From the NCBI GenBank assembly GCA_964399535.1, contig CAYNRE010000005.1, positions 460,371-524,370 of the forward strand: a stretch of DNA of 64,000 nucleotides. The letters run 5' to 3'. The position numbers and the translations under genes were made by a program. Position 1 is the first letter of the stretch; every line of letters starts with the position of its first letter. Source of the stretch: an uncultured Pirellulales bacterium. GTDB lineage: Bacteria > Planctomycetota > Planctomycetia > Pirellulales > CAYNRE01. The notes beneath the pieces were generated by a model. That model saw only the letters and a list, made by a program, of their open reading frames with translations, ran no database searches and was not told the DNA's origin. Positions 61,045 through 64,000 of the stretch are shown here, piece by piece.

Positions 61045-61852
61045 TGGAGTGGTCGACGACGATCGGAATCGCCCGGCGAAACCACAAGAGGGCCAGCACC
61101 AGGAGGACCCAGGCCCCCAGGGCGACGCCGACGAACCCCCAGGGGTTCTGAGCCTGGCCCGCAACCACCCAATCGCGGGTAGCCGACAAGAGGGGCGTCA
61201 CGGGGTTCAAGGCCACGATCTTGGCGGCCAAGCCCTCGGTGGGAGGCGGGAACAGCACCGGCGTGAGAAAAAGCCAGAAGGTAGTTACCGCGGTGAGCGT
61301 TTTCGAGACGTCGCGCACCAAGGCGTTCAGCGGCGCAAGGAACACCCCCAGCGCCGTTCCCAGCACAATCAGGCTCAGCACTCCCAGGGGCGCCAGCACG
61401 ACCGTGCCGGTTACCGGCAACTGATACCACCAGATTGCCAGCACGATCAGAATCATCTTGAACCCGAAGTGGTAGATCACCTCGCCCATGCCGGCCAGCA
61501 CGAGCGCCTCGGCAGGAAAGGCGGCCCGAGCCAACATCGGCAGTTCGTCGATCAGCCGATTGATCGGCATATTGAGCGATTCGATAAAGGTGGTCCAAAG
61601 CATCATGCTGAGCAGCACAAAGGCGGGATAGGGCAGGTCCAGCTTCGGGTCTTGAATGATCCGGGCATGTTGAATCAGCGTGCACCAGGCGGCCGTTACC
61701 AGCGGAGGAATGAACGCCAGCAGCGCGCCGAGGAACGAACTGCGGTACTCCGTGAGCAACGTACGGCGGAGCATTTCCACCGCCAGATGGCGCGAGGCAA
61801 CCAGGTCGCGGCCCAACTCGCGCAGGGCGACTTGAATTCCGGCGGTGTTCAT
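61037..61852 (-). CDS. wzm: ABC-2 type polysaccharide exporter permease (Wzm-like)
   Basis: ATG 61852 gives a 271-aa protein. The N-terminal LRELGRDLVASRHLAVEMLRRTLLTEYRSSFLGALLAFIPPL is the ABC-2 permease entry motif. Six helices are present. Confidence 0.85.
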   Translation of the reverse strand: MNTAGIQVALRELGRDLVASRHLAVEMLRRTLLTEYRSSFLGALLAFIPPLVTAAWCTLIQHARIIQDPKLDLPYPAFVLLSMMLWTTFIESLNMPINRLIDELPMLARAAFPAEALVLAGMGEVIYHFGFKMILIVLAIWWYQLPVTGTVVLAPLGVLSLIVLGTALGVFLAPLNALVRDVSKTLTAVTTFWLFLTPVLFPPPTEGLAAKIVALNPVTPLLSATRDWVVAGQAQNPWGFVGVALGAWVLLVLALLWFRRAIPIVVDHSNC

Positions 61853-62336
61853 CGCCGGCGCGCGCAGGCCGCGCCCCCCGGCTGGCTCGCACCCGCCGCC
61901 GGCCACACCTTCGCCAGGCACACCTTCGCCGTGCGCAAACTCCGTCCCCCTGGGTTCGCAACCCAGCTCACGGGCACCGAGCGCCAAGGCCCCCGGCGCG
62001 GAACCAAACCACGCCCTTTCCCGACCCCGCGGACTACCCCGCTCGCCGCGAGAAACCCAGAACCGGACAAATCGCCTAACTCAACGCTGGCAATCGACTT
62101 TCGTCTCCGAGTATACTTGCCTCCAGGGTCTGAATCAAACCACGCGACTCAGGCGCCATGACCGGCGCGGGGGGCACCGCGAGACGAAAGTTCGCGGAGA
62201 GGCCAGCTACCCAAGAACCGCCCGGCGACCAAGGCCTCCGCCACGGCACCGATTGCCTCCGTAGGTGAAAACCGCAGTTCGGGCCAGGGCGCGCCGACCC
62301 CGCCTTGCCGATCGCACTTCGGAAACCGGACTGCCC

Positions 62337-63872
62337 ATGGCCGACCCCGCCGTCAGCCGCGAAGCCGCGACCGCGCCGGCCGAGGCGATCCAGCCACGCC
62401 CGGCCCATCAACCCTTTGCGTCGGCCTGCTACGCGCCGTTTGTGTCGATGTATTTTGACACGCTTGGCTTCGTCCGCGCCTGCTGCCAAAACTGGACCCA
62501 AACCCTGGGCAATATCGCACACCAGCGGCTGCCCGATATCTGGCGCGGGCCACGGGCCGAGGCGCTGCGCGAGGCGCTACGAAACGGCGACTATGGGCTG
62601 GGTTGCCAGTATTGCGGCTGGCAAGTGGCCGAGGGCCCCCCGAGCGCCGTGTTCGCAAGGAATTTCGATCACCTTCCGGCCGGCGCCGAACCCGCCGATC
62701 TCTGGCCCGCCCAAATCGAATTCTCGCTGACCAACCTGTGCAATTTGGAATGCGTGATGTGCAACGGCGAATGGTCGTCGCGCATCCGCGCCGGCCGCGA
62801 ACGACTTCCCCCGCTGCCCGAGATGTACGGAGACCAATTCTTCAGCGACCTGGCGCCGTTTCTGCGTCGGGTGCGGTATCTGAAGTTCCTGGGGGGCGAA
62901 CCGCTGCTGGCCCCGCACACGTATCGCATTTGGGACCAGCTCGCCGCCGAAGGGCTATCGGTCGCCTGCCATGTAACGACCAACGGCACCCAGTACAATC
63001 GCCGCATCGAGGCGGCGATGGAAAGCCATCCGATTTCCTTCGCGGTCTCGGTCGATGGCGTCACCGCGGAAACCGTGGAGAGCATTCGCCGCGGCGCTCG
63101 CTGGTCCACCATTCTTGAGAACCTGGCCCGCTTTCGCGCCTATGCGGCCGAGCGGGGCACGACGGTCACGCTGACCTATTGCCTGATGCCGCAAAACTGG
63201 CACGAGCTGGGGTCGCTCATGCTCCAGGCCGACGACTGGGGCTGCGACGTGGTGGTAAACACGGTGCTGTTTCCGCCGGCCCACAGCCTGTATCACCTGC
63301 CGACCGCGCAATTGCGCGAGATCGTGGCGGCGCTTGCAACCGAGTCGGCCAGCATCGAGTCGCGGCTGACCAAGAACCGCCCGCGATGGCTGGATCAGCT
63401 CCAGCGGCTGCGGCAGCGTGCCGAGCACGGCGACCAGGCCTGGCTAGCGCAAATACCCCGGCGAACCACGGAGTTTTTTGCGGATTTGGCGGAGCCTGGG
63501 GTACCCGATGCGGCCCGACCGCCCGCGCCTTCGCTGCCCGTTGAAAACGAGATCTGGCTCGACGCCGACGACCGAGTCGTGGCCGCGCCCCCCGGAGCCA
63601 CCCTGGCCGATCTGCCGCCGGGCGAGCTGCTGGGCCGCCCGCTGGACCAGGTCTACGCGCTGATGCGAAACCGCTGGGGCGGGGTCATGCAGATCGATCC
63701 TCTCCGGGCCGATGGCGACTCGGTTTGGCAGCGGTGGTCGTTTCAAAATGCCCGGCTGCAGACCGTTCAGTTCCTGGCTCAAATCGCGCCCCGGCGGGGG
63801 GCCCAGGGGGAATTGCTGGGCACCCGGCTGTTGTTGATGCCCGCGCCAAGCGAAAGCGAACTCACCTCGTAA
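62337..63872 (+). CDS. Radical SAM protein with N-terminal SPASM/twitch-like Cys motif and unassigned C-terminal domain (paralog B)
   Basis: The order matches paralog A: YFDTLGFVRACCQNW...LGNIAHQRLPDIWRGPRAEALREAL...GCQYCGW, then SLTNLCNLECVMCNG (CX3CX2C), LGGEPL, TTNGTQY, SVDG. The ~170-aa C-terminal region is divergent. Confidence 0.8.
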   Translation: MADPAVSREAATAPAEAIQPRPAHQPFASACYAPFVSMYFDTLGFVRACCQNWTQTLGNIAHQRLPDIWRGPRAEALREALRNGDYGLGCQYCGWQVAEGPPSAVFARNFDHLPAGAEPADLWPAQIEFSLTNLCNLECVMCNGEWSSRIRAGRERLPPLPEMYGDQFFSDLAPFLRRVRYLKFLGGEPLLAPHTYRIWDQLAAEGLSVACHVTTNGTQYNRRIEAAMESHPISFAVSVDGVTAETVESIRRGARWSTILENLARFRAYAAERGTTVTLTYCLMPQNWHELGSLMLQADDWGCDVVVNTVLFPPAHSLYHLPTAQLREIVAALATESASIESRLTKNRPRWLDQLQRLRQRAEHGDQAWLAQIPRRTTEFFADLAEPGVPDAARPPAPSLPVENEIWLDADDRVVAAPPGATLADLPPGELLGRPLDQVYALMRNRWGGVMQIDPLRADGDSVWQRWSFQNARLQTVQFLAQIAPRRGAQGELLGTRLLLMPAPSESELTS

Positions 63873-64000
63873 GGGCCGAGCCAGGCATGGCGCTACCCAG
63901 GGCCGACGTAACCTTGCCTTCGTCTGATGGGCACAGGGGCGCTACCCTGGTCGCCAGGCGGCCAAGCGCGCGGCAACGGGTTGCGGCCATCGCCGCGGTG

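Noticed and set aside
62158-62268. A 36-codon ORF (MTGAGGTARRKFAERPATQEPPGDQGLRHGTDCLRR) 69 nt upstream of radical SAM paralog B, considered as a RiPP precursor.
   Set aside because: No equivalent ORF precedes paralog A. It has no recognisable leader/core organisation or Cys/Ser/Thr-rich core and no obvious SD sequence. The Wzm/Wzt, aminotransferase and GT context argues for a glycan substrate.
63886-64000. An ATG at 63886 opens a frame that runs to the window end (MALPRADVTLPSSDGHRGATLVARRP...).
   Set aside because: Only 38 codons are visible and they contain no motif. This is too little to call a gene.
1-64000. Evidence that the glycan clusters are a horizontally acquired island (integrase, transposase, tRNA-flanked direct repeats, compositional shift).
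   Set aside because: No mobility genes or att-like flanking repeats were seen. The composition looks uniformly GC-rich by eye apart from short promoter-like patches. A quantitative GC or codon analysis was not run.

Overview
This is a very GC-rich bacterial chromosomal window. No rRNA, tRNA, CRISPR array or mobile element was recognised. Several protein types (DUF1570-like, membrane-anchored WD40, thioredoxin-fold proteins with a single CP motif, many GT-C enzymes) suggest Planctomycetota, but that is inference only.

About 50 genes are supportable, and most concern envelope glycan assembly.

- **1-16.4 kb:** a plus-strand, translationally coupled operon. It encodes a flippase C-terminus, two CDP-alcohol phosphatidyltransferase paralogs, GT2/GT4/GT9 enzymes, a CE4 deacetylase and a GT-C enzyme. 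This is followed by a polyprenyl-phosphate GT2, an unknown protein, a UPF0104-like protein and a convergent ArnT-like gene.
- **16.5-31 kb:** a housekeeping interlude. It holds a Cys-rich lipoprotein, a variant Nramp-like transporter, a DUF1570-like protein, an MBL hydrolase, an alpha-oxoamine synthase, a Nudix hydrolase, an ECF sigma with a soluble ZAS anti-sigma and a CBS protein, an RHH protein, RNase P RNA (rnpB, minus strand, about 476 nt), a TIGR01212-type radical SAM protein, an FHA protein and mutS.
- **31-39 kb:** a secreted YSPVVS-repeat protein, then a membrane-anchored WD40 protein tightly linked to a 1297-aa protein. That large protein has seven ~143-aa beta-sandwich/CBM-like modules between N- and C-terminal membrane anchors.
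- **39-47 kb:** a GT2, a HisH/HisF2-type pair, a carbamoyltransferase, a Gfo/Idh/MocA oxidoreductase and a GT-C enzyme.
- **47-64 kb (most unusual):** two paralogous radical SAM proteins bracket the region. In both, a SPASM/twitch-like Cys motif lies N-terminal to the CX3CX2C core. Between them are four PhyH-family Fe(II)/2OG dioxygenase paralogs, a Wzm/Wzt ABC exporter split by one PhyH gene, a TylM1-like methyltransferase, a WecE-like aminotransferase, an ArnC/GtrB-like GT2, a YfhO-like GT-C protein and a thioredoxin-fold protein. A triple 20-bp direct repeat follows wzm.

All family calls come from motif reading by eye. No HMM, BLAST or folding computation was run. Start codons are often uncertain because GC-rich ORFs run open far upstream.
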